A DNA stretch of 64,000 nucleotides, from contig OZ223264.1 in NCBI GenBank assembly GCA_965140585.1, positions 839,115 through 903,114 of the forward strand. The letters run 5' to 3'. The notes below the pieces were generated by a model, which saw only the letters and a program-made list of their open reading frames with translations, was not told the DNA's origin and did not search any database. This document shows positions 18,435 through 27,569 of the stretch, in pieces. The position numbers and the translations under genes are program-made. Origin of the DNA: Spirochaetia bacterium. GTDB lineage: Bacteria; Spirochaetota; Spirochaetia; UBA9216. How positions within the stretch are numbered: the first letter of the stretch is position 1; every line of letters begins with the position of its first letter.

Positions 18435-19623
18435 GGACGCCTCTAAAAACTAAAGGAATTTCAAAAGATTCAAAATCTGATATTCTATTACTTTGGGAGG
18501 AATAAATGTCAAAGCAGAAAGGTTTTTTCATAGAAGATTTAAGACTATCAGAATTATCACAGCACGGAGATCCCTTGCAGAGATTGAGTGCAATGATTCC
18601 ATGGGAAAACTTTCGGCATAAATTAAATCGTATCTTTGTAAAAGAAGCAAAAGGCCCTGGAGGAATACCTCCATACGATTATGTGATGATGTTTAAAATC
18701 CTCGTATTGCAGAGAATTTATAATCTATCCGATTCGCAAATGCAGTACCAGATCATGGATCGATTATCATTTATGAGATTTCTCGGTTTGAATCTTGATG
18801 ACAAAGTACCCGATGAAAAAACAATCTGGCACTTTAGAGAAGAACTTGTTGAATCAAGGAAACTTGAAATACTATTTGAACAGTTCAGGAATTATCTGAT
18901 AAAAGAAGGAATACTGCTTGAGTCGGGGACAATTGTCGATGCTTCTTTTGTTGAAGTACCAAAACAAAGAAATAATAAAGATGAAAATAAAGAGATAAAA
19001 GAGGGCGAAACTCCTAAAGAGTGGTCAGACAATAAATTAAGACAAAAAGATGTGGATGCAAGATGGGTAACAAAAGGCGGGCAACGCCATTATGGCTACA
19101 AAAATCACATAAAAATTTATCGTAAATCCAAGCTTATTAAAAATTATGTAGTAACCAGTGCTGCAGTTCATGACTCGCAAGTAATAGAAGGAATTTTAGA
19201 AGAAGCTGATTCGCATCATGAATTATATGCTGATAGTGCTTATTGCGGAGCTCCAATAAAAGAAATATTGTCGGAATTGAAAATTAGAAACCGGATACAT
19301 GAAAAAGGTTATCGAAATAGCCCGTTGACTGAGAAACAAAAAGAGCGGAATCGAAAAAAGTCGAAGACGCGGGCGAGAGTAGAACATGTATATGGATTTA
19401 TGGTTAATTCGATGCAAGGTGATTTTATCAGGTACATAGGTCAGAAAAGAGCTGAAGCAGTGATAGGATTAAGTAACCTTGTTTATAATATGATGAGGTA
19501 TATCTATATATGTCCTGCTTGACGGTGGGATGATTGAATGAAGGCTGTATCGGCTGGCTGGTACAATGATAAAAAGGCTGCAGATGTTTTATGCAGCATA
19601 GCTGAAGGTTTTTAGAGGCGTCC
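18435..19623 (+). mobile_element. IS5-family insertion sequence, copy A
   Basis: 1189 bp. Perfect 16-bp terminal IRs GGACGCCTCTAAAAAC (18435-18450) and GTTTTTAGAGGCGTCC (19608-19623). TTA direct repeats at 18432-18434 and 19624-19626. Confidence 0.9.
18506..19522 (+). CDS. IS5-family DDE transposase
   Basis: 338 aa. InsH-type N-terminal domain (PPYDYVMMFKILVLQRIYNLSDSQ). Candidate DDE residues in IVDASF, YADSAY and VEHVYGF. Confidence 0.9.
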   Translation: MSKQKGFFIEDLRLSELSQHGDPLQRLSAMIPWENFRHKLNRIFVKEAKGPGGIPPYDYVMMFKILVLQRIYNLSDSQMQYQIMDRLSFMRFLGLNLDDKVPDEKTIWHFREELVESRKLEILFEQFRNYLIKEGILLESGTIVDASFVEVPKQRNNKDENKEIKEGETPKEWSDNKLRQKDVDARWVTKGGQRHYGYKNHIKIYRKSKLIKNYVVTSAAVHDSQVIEGILEEADSHHELYADSAYCGAPIKEILSELKIRNRIHEKGYRNSPLTEKQKERNRKKSKTRARVEHVYGFMVNSMQGDFIRYIGQKRAEAVIGLSNLVYNMMRYIYICPA

Positions 19624-19627
19624 TTAA

Positions 19628-19646
19628 GTTATAGGCAATAAGCGCT
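19628..19646. repeat. Left arm of the inverted repeat flanking the GFA gene
   Basis: GTTATAGGCAATAAGCGCT. The 13-nt core GGCAATAAGCGCT is the perfect reverse complement of 20175-20187. Confidence 0.8.
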
Positions 19647-19695
19647 TTAGCTTTTGATAAAAAGAGCCACCTCAGCGGCTTAGATTGGAGGAAAA

Positions 19696-20100
19696 ATGAA
19701 ACATTCAGGTTCGTGTCTTTGTGGAAATATTAAATATGAAATAAGAGGAAATTTTGAAAACTTTTTTTTCTGTCACTGTAAATCTTGTCGTAAAGATACT
19801 GGGTCAGTTCATGCTTCAAATCTTTTTTCAACAACTGCAACTTTGAAATGGTTGAAAGGAGAGGAAAAAGTTAAAACGTATAACCATAATAATTCAGGAC
19901 ACATAAAGAGCTTTTGTCCTAACTGTGGTTCTGCACTACCTAATATTCAAATGGATGATAAACTACTTGTTGTTCCCGCAGGAAGCCTAGATTCAGATAT
20001 AGAGATGGTTCCAACCGGTCACATCTATTTAAATGAAAAAGCTAATTGGGATCACAATCTCGAGATGATTCCCCATTATGAGGATTTCCCAAAAGAATAA
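19696..20100 (+). CDS. GFA (glutathione-dependent formaldehyde-activating / CENP-V-like) family zinc protein
   Basis: 134 aa. Cys motifs CLCGNIKYEI, CHCKSCRK and CPNCGS. GGAGG RBS. Confidence 0.8.
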   Translation: MKHSGSCLCGNIKYEIRGNFENFFFCHCKSCRKDTGSVHASNLFSTTATLKWLKGEEKVKTYNHNNSGHIKSFCPNCGSALPNIQMDDKLLVVPAGSLDSDIEMVPTGHIYLNEKANWDHNLEMIPHYEDFPKE

Positions 20101-20174
20101 AATGCGTAGAAAACCTGAATTTATCAGAAGTCGAGCATTGTTAACCGGCATGGCTCATTACATTACAACATACC

Positions 20175-20193
20175 AGCGCTTATTGCCAATAAC
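20175..20193. repeat. Right arm of the inverted repeat flanking the GFA gene
   Basis: AGCGCTTATTGCCAATAAC, which matches the reverse complement of the left arm at 18 of 19 positions. Confidence 0.8.
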
Positions 20194-20288
20194 AGTGTTT
20201 ATATGCGGCGCCTACGGCTTGGGCTTCGTCACATTTGCCTACGGCAAACGTCACATAATTCCGGGACGTTAGATGTAATGTCCCGATT

Positions 20289-21372
20289 GTCAAACCAGGA
20301 CATGGGTAACGATTTAACTTCAAGACATAGGTAACACTTAGCAGGGAATAATTCGTAAAATTCTTCTAAGGAGGATTTTAGAAATGCCCTGGAAGGAGAC
20401 TTATGTTATGGAACAGAGAAAAATGTTTGTACTTGAAGCAATGGATCCTCTTTGCAATTTTACTAGGCTTTGCAGCAAATACGGGATTTCAACTAAAACC
20501 GGATATAAATGGAAAAGCCGATTTATCCAGGAAGGGTTTGTTGGTTTATACGATCAATCAAGAAGACCAGATAATTCCCTTACACAAATATCTGAAGATG
20601 TAATGCTTGAGATAATTAGATTAAAGATCAAAAGGAAACATTGGGGACCAAAGAAGATAAGAGAAGTTTTTAAAAAGAATAACCCACAAGAAACTATTCC
20701 ATGTACAACCAGTGTTGAAAGGATTTTAAGAAAAGCTGGTTTAGTTGAGAAAAGAAAACGGAGAAGAACTGGAAAAGGTGTTCGAATACAGGATTCAGCA
20801 TTAGCAAAGAAGCCCAATGATGTGTGGACGGTTGATTTCAAGGGGTGGTGGTATACCCATGATAAAGAGAAAGTAAATCCATTAACCGTAAGAGATGATT
20901 ATTCAAAATACATTTTATGCATAAGAGCTTTAAGAAAAGGCGATACTCCATCAGTAAAAGCGGAATTTGAAATATGGAGAAAATAGTACAACAATGAAAG
21001 ACCGCATGAATCACTGGGGATGAAAACTCCATCAATGGTGTATACAGAATCGGATGAAAAGTATGTTGAAGTGATTGAAGAATTAGAATACCCAGGCAAT
21101 TTTCGGATAAGAATGGTAAATGATAGGGGCTTTATAAGCATAAAAAAAAGAATGTTCTTCATAGGAAATCCATTTTCAGGTTATTATATAGGAATAAGAC
21201 CACAGCCAGATGGTCAACAAAATGTTTGGTTTGGGAATTATTATTTAGGATATCTTGATATAGATACAAGTCTACTGAAGCCTGAACATGTGGTGAGATT
21301 TGAAGAAGGTAATCTTAAAAAACCGTTACCTATGTCTTGAAGGTGTTTTGTTACCCATGTCCTGAAGTTGGA
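20289..21372 (+). mobile_element. Degenerate IS481-family element with an internal deletion
   Basis: Terminal IRs of about 45 bp: 20289-20336 versus the reverse complement of 21325-21372, with shared cores CAGGACATGGGTAAC and CTTCAAGACATAGGTAAC. 7-bp direct repeat CCCGATT at 20282-20288 and 21373-21379. Confidence 0.8.
20384..21340 (+). pseudogene. IS481-type transposase (rve integrase core), disrupted
   Basis: ORF 20384-20986 holds the HTH region and the first catalytic Asp region (WTVDFKG), then stops. YNNERPHESLGMKTP follows within about 15 codons in another frame. About 80 aa are therefore missing, including the second Asp and the Glu. Confidence 0.8.
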
Positions 21373-22123
21373 CCCGATTTTATAACTAATAGAAAACCTC
21401 GCCATCCAGGGTTCGTAGGAAAGAGAGTAAATGAGTAAAAAGAAACAGTCGATTTTGAGAGGGGCCGTGGGATAGTATGAGTTTGTGATATTGAAAATTC
21501 TTCTAAATATTTGAATGATGCAAAGTATGTAGATTACTTAGAGAATTTCTTGATCAGGTTTCATTGGTTTTCTAGAAGAATTGTTGATCCGGCCTTCAAA
21601 AAACGGACACGTAGTTAAGCAACTTAAAAGTCAGTTCCTTGATAGCAAGCTTTTACTGATAATCTAACCCCATACTTCTTCGGCAATTTCCTTCTTCGGT
21701 TGAGGCACATGTCGAATGATAATTTCCCCGTTAAACATGGGGTGATATTCTTAGATCAGACGGTAAATCACCGATTGCCTTATTATTTAATTCAAGATAT
21801 ATATCCTGAAGCTTGTCCGGGTCAACCCCGTCTCCTGTCATCAATTTCCAGAAATCACGGTCGCAGAGCATTCTTCAGGTGCAGTCATCAAGTTTTAAAT
21901 CTCTGCATCCAAGCTTGTAAAAGGCCAGAATTGTTTTACGGTAAGCTTCGCTTATATCGTTGATTAAATCGTTGCAATCGGGATAGATTTCATCCGTTTT
22001 TCCTCGTTTGCCTCCTTGAGTAGTTCGGCGTAGAGTTGCGCGGGTGATAGAATATTCGGACGGGCTACAGCCTTATCACCGGCAGCCTCCTTTAAAAATT
22101 TGTAATTAGCCAAAAAAGGATGA

Positions 22124-22745
22124 GTGTCCGAAAAATGGATTTTTCCGTTTACCCTTGCCGAAGCAGTCCAGGCTCTTTATGTTACACAGCCGGCCCTTAC
22201 CCATGCTATACGGAAACTTGAAGACCAGCTTGAGACAAGGATATGGGCTAAAGACGGCAGGAAAATAAGGCTGACGCAAAGTGGAGTGTTGCTTGAGCTG
22301 GCCGGACGAGTTCTGCCGCAGATGAAATACACTGAATTTCTTATAAAACAGATATTAGCCGGTAAAAGGGGACTCCTGCGAATCGGGATGGAATGTCATC
22401 CCTATTATAAATGGCTTCAGTATGTGCTTACCCCGTTTTTAAAGAACTGGCCCTATGTTGAGGTGGAGCTAAAACAACAGTTCCAGTTTAGCGGAGTTAA
22501 GGCTTTGATGCGTTATGAAGTCGATATATTGATCACACCGGATCCGTATAAAAGCAGCTCCCTCGAGTATGTTCCGGTTTTTGATTACAAACAGGTACTA
22601 GCGGTATCAAAAGAGCACAAGCTCGCCGGCCTGAGGGGGGCTGTCGGATTGGCTGATTAAAGAATACAGAAAGACTCTTCCGTTGACGTCAATAAAACTG
22701 AACAAGACTGGTATCTGCAAAAGTATACATATCGGTGCAAGGTAA
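22124..22745 (+). pseudogene. LysR-family (MetR-like) regulator, truncated at both ends and frameshifted
   Basis: The HTH remnant LYVTQPALTHAIRKLEDQL lacks about the first 10-15 aa. The substrate domain ends at aa 178, against about 300 in intact family members. A further C-terminal-like stretch (LTSIKLNKTGICKSIHIGAR) lies in another frame. Confidence 0.65.
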
Positions 22746-22829
22746 TCGAGGTAGCACCCCGATTACCTGCAAAGTTTTATAAAAACTACCGGTGAAAGCA
22801 GCCTGTCTCTTTTGCGATAGAATGTAAAT

Positions 22830-23378
22830 TCAGCCTGCGGCAGTATCTACCGCCTGATTGAGTATTGTAGGTACAGCCTGAGCATTAAGCGCACGGGCAG
22901 CCATCTCTGAATCATATCTTAAGAGGCCGTTTGAGTCGTCTTTCAGTCTTTTTAGTTTTACCAGAATCTGATTCGCTGTGTCTTCTTCTTCCACTTGTTC
23001 GTTTACATACCACATCAGGAAATTCTCGGTTGCATAATCTTCTATCTTCCTGGAAAGTGTAACCAGTTTATTGATCCGATCGCTTATGTATTCTTCATGT
23101 TTGACAACTGCATCGAATGCTTCTGCATATGAGTTCCATGTTGTATCCGGTGCTTCGATTGCCTTTATTTCACCTCGTCCGCCCCGTTCGTCAAGGAAAT
23201 TGTAGAATTTCATTGCGTGCATTGTTTCTTCCAGGTACTGACATCTCATCCAGTTGGAAAAACCCGGAAGGTCTTCGCTGTCAAACCATGTTGCCATGGA
23301 AAGGTAAAGGTTTGCTGAGAACATCTCCGCATTTATCTGATCATTGATAGCATCCTGCATTTCTTTTTTGATACTCAT
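22830..23378 (-). CDS. ftn: Non-heme ferritin
   Basis: 182 aa. Ferroxidase-centre pattern NAEMFSANLYLSM...YLEETMHAMKFYNFL...EQVEEE. Confidence 0.9.
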   Translation of the reverse strand: MSIKKEMQDAINDQINAEMFSANLYLSMATWFDSEDLPGFSNWMRCQYLEETMHAMKFYNFLDERGGRGEIKAIEAPDTTWNSYAEAFDAVVKHEEYISDRINKLVTLSRKIEDYATENFLMWYVNEQVEEEDTANQILVKLKRLKDDSNGLLRYDSEMAARALNAQAVPTILNQAVDTAAG

Positions 23379-23474
23379 TGAATTCTCCTTGATTAATTAA
23401 AACTTATATTAATAGTAATAATAGAGGTGACATCTTGCAACTGAAAAAGTAAATGTATTAACTTTTTACGTTTG

Positions 23475-24086
23475 TTACTCTTTGCCCGCCTTTATTGCGG
23501 CTTCGGCATCCTCAAGGTTTTCATAACCATACATGTTAACGGTATTGAGAAGAAGCTTTGCGGCAAGGTTTTCATTTCTCTTTTCATGATCACGGAGCCA
23601 TTTAAGAATCAGATAAAGTGTTCTCTCAGAGTAGGTTGAAAGCTCACCTTTCAGATATGTCTGCTTTGATGTTACATATTCTGTGTCCTGGCTTCCTCTT
23701 CCCCTTGATGTTATGGCAGGATATTCAGCTTCAAGCTCAGTATCCCATTGCAGGTAAATTGCTGCAATTTCTTCAACTGCCTGTTTTGCCGGATCAGAAA
23801 CTTCAGGAAGACTGCCCTTTATCTGTTCATATTCCGTCGGGAAGGTATATTCCATCATTCTGGCGTATTTCTCGGTCATCAGGTTTCTTTTGGCAGCCTC
23901 TGCTCTTCTGAGATCTTCAAGCCAGCTCTGCAGAATCTCATCATTATAGATCTCAAACTGGCTGATCCTCATTATTTCAAAGGTTTTTCTGTCGTCCTGG
24001 CAGGTTGCTTTTCCTCCCTGGTTATTCACAGCTGTAAACATCTCAAACTCAATATCGATTATTTTCTCTATTAATGCAGCATTCAT
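23475..24086 (-). CDS. Hypothetical protein (DUF4125-like by recollection)
   Basis: 203-aa ORF separated by a 10-nt gap from the upstream gene on the same strand. No catalytic motif recognised. Confidence 0.5.
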   Translation of the reverse strand: MNAALIEKIIDIEFEMFTAVNNQGGKATCQDDRKTFEIMRISQFEIYNDEILQSWLEDLRRAEAAKRNLMTEKYARMMEYTFPTEYEQIKGSLPEVSDPAKQAVEEIAAIYLQWDTELEAEYPAITSRGRGSQDTEYVTSKQTYLKGELSTYSERTLYLILKWLRDHEKRNENLAAKLLLNTVNMYGYENLEDAEAAIKAGKE

Positions 24087-24096
24087 ATAAGTTCCT

Positions 24097-25011
24097 CTAA
24101 GGTTCGATTTTTAATATAGCAAGCTCTTTGCTGCTTATTCTATCATGGATATCTGCCAGATGATCAATCAGGAAGTCGCTACCGCCGTCTGAAAGACCCT
24201 GATTTTTAATCTCCTCAATAAGTCTGCTGCTTATTGTTTCGATGATGTCGATAACTTCTTTCTTTTCAAAAAGCTTTATGAACAGCGGTGAAAGCTGTTT
24301 TCCGGCTTCGCCGGTGTCAATGAGTCCCCGGTGGAGCCATTTATAGTACGGCGGATATCTGCGGCCAAGGTGGTAGAGCATTTTCATGGCAGATTCGCCG
24401 AAGCGTGAGAGTGCAAGATTCTGCGCCGGTGTATCACCTCTCCTGAAGGCTCTCAGATAATTGTACTGGCCGGACTGTCCGGCTTTGAATGCATATTGGG
24501 CAATGTGCTTGACTCTCACATCCTCAGGCATGGCTGAAAGATATTCCCGGGCTGCAGAGAATACCCCGGGAGAATCAGAAAATACTTCACCGTTGGTGGA
24601 CGCTGCAAGCATGAAATCGGGAATTCCCCACCAATCAAGCACCGTTTTAGGGAGTCTTTTCATGCCTGTGAACTGCTTAAAGAAAGTGCTGATTTCAAAT
24701 ACGCCGGTGCGGGCAGGTGCGCCTGAAAGGCGTGTTTTAAAGCCCTTCCATGTCTGCGGAAGATTTCCATATGCTTCTCTCAGTTCTGTATTTAGGTTAT
24801 CATCCGCGGCAGACTCAATCCAGATACAGAAACCCGGCCCCCAGTCATGATCCCTTGATATCTCATCGTCATAACCGAAACAGTCCGAGCCTTCTCCGAC
24901 CATACCGAAAGCTGCTTTCTCTTCAATATTTGGAAACTGATTTTTTAAGGCAGGCAGCCCCGCTTCGAGAAAGAATTGCTTGGAGATTTTTAAACCTGAC
25001 ATCTGTAACAA
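24097..25011 (-). CDS. Hypothetical protein (DUF4037-like by recollection)
   Basis: 304 aa. MVGEGSDCFGYDDEISRDHDWGPGF resembles the conserved N-terminal block I associate with DUF4037. Confidence 0.5.
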   Translation of the reverse strand: MLQMSGLKISKQFFLEAGLPALKNQFPNIEEKAAFGMVGEGSDCFGYDDEISRDHDWGPGFCIWIESAADDNLNTELREAYGNLPQTWKGFKTRLSGAPARTGVFEISTFFKQFTGMKRLPKTVLDWWGIPDFMLAASTNGEVFSDSPGVFSAAREYLSAMPEDVRVKHIAQYAFKAGQSGQYNYLRAFRRGDTPAQNLALSRFGESAMKMLYHLGRRYPPYYKWLHRGLIDTGEAGKQLSPLFIKLFEKKEVIDIIETISSRLIEEIKNQGLSDGGSDFLIDHLADIHDRISSKELAILKIEP

Positions 25012-25105
25012 AATATATTTATTTATTATACACCCGGCAACATTAAAGTGAATATTTTGTGTTGAATATGGTAGTATTTATAGTATCAAATATGGAGTAA
25101 AAACA

Positions 25106-26017
25106 GTGGTTGAGGTAAAACAGGTATCAAAAAGTTACGGCAGTCTGAAAGCTGTTGATGAGCTTTCATTTTCAATTCAACCGGGGCAGATTTATGGTTT
25201 ACTTGGTCCCAACGGAGCAGGAAAATCAACAACGATCAGGATGATAATGAATATTATCAGCCCTGATTCGGGTGAGATTCTTTTCGATGGAACCCCCATC
25301 AATGAAGGGGACAAGGATCGTATCGGTTATCTTCCTGAAGAGCGGGGGCTGTATAAAAAGGTTGTTGTTGAGGACCTTCTTCTATATCTGGCAGAGCTGA
25401 AAGGTGCCAGTTTATCTAAGGCCAAAAGCGATATGGTTCCGCTTCTAAAAAGATTCGATCTGCTTGATTGGAAAAATAAGAAGACGGATGAGCTGTCAAA
25501 GGGAATGGCTCAGAAAATTCAGTTTATTTCCACCATCCTTCATGACCCGCAGATTATTGTACTTGATGAACCCTTTTCAGGTCTTGATCCCGTAAGTGCC
25601 GATCAGCTAAGTGCTCTTATTGCAGAGCTGAGGGACAGGGGCAAAACTATAATTTTCAGTACCCACGTTATGAGTCATGCCGAACAGATATGCAACCGAA
25701 TCTGCATTATGAAAAAAGGAAAAGTTAAAACATCGGGTTCACTGTCTGAGGTTAAAAAACAGTTCGGGCGGAATACAGTAAGAATAGATTTTGAAGGCAG
25801 TGCAGCCTTTGTGAAAGAGCTGCCCTTTGTCAAGGATATAAACCTCTGGCCAGGCTCATGCGAGGTTGAGCTGATTGAAGATGATAATGCCTCGGATAAA
25901 CTTTTCAGTGCTGTAGCCGGAAAGCTTAAGGTTGCGAGGTTCAAACTTCAGGCCCCAAGCCTGCATAAGATATTTGTTGATCTTGCAGGAGACGGAGATG
26001 AATATGAAAAACAGTAA
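25106..26017 (+). CDS. ABC transporter ATP-binding protein (ABC-2 / NatA-like exporter)
   Basis: Walker A GPNGAGKST, signature LSKGMAQK, Walker B IIVLDEPFSGLD. GTG start with a GGAG RBS. Confidence 0.9.
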   Translation: MVEVKQVSKSYGSLKAVDELSFSIQPGQIYGLLGPNGAGKSTTIRMIMNIISPDSGEILFDGTPINEGDKDRIGYLPEERGLYKKVVVEDLLLYLAELKGASLSKAKSDMVPLLKRFDLLDWKNKKTDELSKGMAQKIQFISTILHDPQIIVLDEPFSGLDPVSADQLSALIAELRDRGKTIIFSTHVMSHAEQICNRICIMKKGKVKTSGSLSEVKKQFGRNTVRIDFEGSAAFVKELPFVKDINLWPGSCEVELIEDDNASDKLFSAVAGKLKVARFKLQAPSLHKIFVDLAGDGDEYEKQ

Positions 26018-27236
26018 ATTATTAACAATGATTAAATTCAATTACCGGCGTACCGCAATGAAGAAGAGCTTTATTGTCATTACAATTATAGGGCCGGTTC
26101 TGATACTTGCAATGACGGTTCTTCCAAGCATTCTGACCGAGAAGAGCCTTGACAGTTTCAGCGGTGCAGAAGTTGAAATCTACGGGGGAAATCCGGTTGT
26201 GGTTGAAGCAATAATGGCCTCAAGTTCCGAGATTCTGACCCTGTCAAAAACAGAGGATCTTGAATCATCCAGGCAGAGAGCAGCAGAGAACGGGATTGAC
26301 GGACTGCTTATTCTGCCTGAGGACCCGCTTAATTCAAATGAGCTTGTATTCTATACATCAAATGCCAGTGATATCATGCTTACCGAGACTGTGCGGAATG
26401 TTGTTGGACAGATTGTCACCTCAATGCGGATAAGCGGAGAAGGGCTTGATCCGGTAAAAGTTGCCTCACTTACAGCAAAACCGCGGCTTGATGTTATTCA
26501 GCTTAAAAAGGGCGGAGAGGAAAAAGAAGCTCAGGATTTTACATCTTTTATATACTCCGCAATTGCATTTATCATGCTTCTGTATATGACAACCCTTCTT
26601 TACAGCCAGATGATCGGCCGTGAAGTAGTAGGAGAGAAAACCAGCAAAACAGTAGAGGTTATGCTTTCTTCAGTTAAACCTGTCACACTGATGCTTGGAA
26701 AGATTCTGGGACTCGGTCTTGCGGGGATTTCACAGTATGTGGTTTGGATAGCTGCGTCGCTCCTGCTTATTAAGGTTGTGGGTCCGGTTTTTAACTTATC
26801 TATGCCTTCGGTCTTTTCAGTTGATATGCTTGGCTACCTTGTTCTGTTCTTTCTGCTTGCCTTCTTTCTCTACTCATGTCTCTATGCCGCAACCGGAGCG
26901 CTGGCGGAGGATGAGCAGAGTATGGGCCAGCTGCAGATGCCTATGCTTATTCCGCTTATTCTTCCGATGGTTATGATTTCATACTTCGTAATGAATCCCG
27001 ATTCCGGTATTTCACTGTTTTTCTCTCTCTTTCCGCTGACATCTCCAATGGTTATGTTTGTAAGACTGATGGTAGGGCAGCCTCCGGTCTGGCAGGTTCT
27101 GCTGTGTGTAGTGATTCTGATAGTTTCTATTGCAGGTGTTGCAATAGCTTCAGGAAAGATTTTCAGGCAGGCCATACTGATGACCGGAAAAGCAAAATCG
27201 CTGAAAGACGGTTTTAAGATGGTGATTGCAAAGTAG
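25998..27236 (+). CDS. ABC-2 type transporter permease (NatB-like)
   Basis: One N-terminal TM segment, a large loop and a C-terminal bundle of about 5 TM segments. ATG 25998 overlaps the ATPase stop; the ORF is open from 25932. Confidence 0.75.
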   Translation: MNMKNSKLLTMIKFNYRRTAMKKSFIVITIIGPVLILAMTVLPSILTEKSLDSFSGAEVEIYGGNPVVVEAIMASSSEILTLSKTEDLESSRQRAAENGIDGLLILPEDPLNSNELVFYTSNASDIMLTETVRNVVGQIVTSMRISGEGLDPVKVASLTAKPRLDVIQLKKGGEEKEAQDFTSFIYSAIAFIMLLYMTTLLYSQMIGREVVGEKTSKTVEVMLSSVKPVTLMLGKILGLGLAGISQYVVWIAASLLLIKVVGPVFNLSMPSVFSVDMLGYLVLFFLLAFFLYSCLYAATGALAEDEQSMGQLQMPMLIPLILPMVMISYFVMNPDSGISLFFSLFPLTSPMVMFVRLMVGQPPVWQVLLCVVILIVSIAGVAIASGKIFRQAILMTGKAKSLKDGFKMVIAK

Positions 27237-27258
27237 TTAACTTAAAATCCAAATTAAG

Positions 27259-27286
27259 GGAGGCTGAAATATTCAGCCTCCTTTTT
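27259..27286 (+). terminator. Rho-independent terminator
   Basis: GGAGGCTGAA-ata-TTCAGCCTCC perfect 10-bp stem followed by TTTTT. Confidence 0.85.
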
Positions 27287-27502
27287 ATTTAATTAAAGTA
27301 ATTTATCAGTGTATTAAAAAATAGATTTGCAACTGCTGAGAGTTGTCATACAATATCTATATTTTTTGCTGTACGCCTGCCTGGACATGCTATTTTGATT
27401 TTAACCGCTAATATATGAAAAACATATTTCGAAAATGAGTCAATAATGGTGAAATAAGATGGGTTTTAGTCTAAATAATGATAAAAAAACCTTAAAAAAT
27501 GA

Positions 27503-27569
27503 AATGGCTATTGCGAAATTAGAAAACTCGTGTTTTAATATTAATAAATAGGAATGGCCATTTCGAAAT
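27503..27569. promoter_or_regulatory. Repeated 17-nt operator-like motif upstream of lyase copy 1
   Basis: AATGGCTATTGCGAAAT (27503-27519) and AATGGCCATTTCGAAAT (27553-27569), 50 bp apart. The second contains the 10-bp palindrome ATTTCGAAAT. A related TTTCGAAA lies at 27427-27434. Confidence 0.45.

Noticed and set aside
20078-20272. 64-aa ORF overlapping the end of the GFA gene.
   Set aside because: It starts inside the GFA coding sequence and runs through the palindromic GC-rich tail. It has no RBS and an implausible composition.
20101-20288. Possible integron attC site or gene cassette. A GTTAGAT core-like heptamer, an imperfect palindrome and a small cargo gene suggested this.
   Set aside because: No matching inverse core (RYYYAAC) lies at the expected distance. 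The complementarity with the cassette 5' end is 19 bp rather than the 6-7 bp expected for R'/R''. No intI-type integrase gene is in the window. The observation is kept as an unexplained inverted-repeat finding instead.
21700-21963. 87-aa plus-strand ORF in the decayed region.
   Set aside because: It has no RBS and no motif. It is antisense to the more protein-like, though frameshifted, minus-strand remnants.
23379-23474. Possible Fur/PerR box upstream of ferritin (ATTAATAGTAATAATAGA).
   Set aside because: It shows only loose resemblance to the GATAATGATAATCATTATC consensus in very AT-rich DNA, so it cannot be distinguished from background without a genome-specific matrix.
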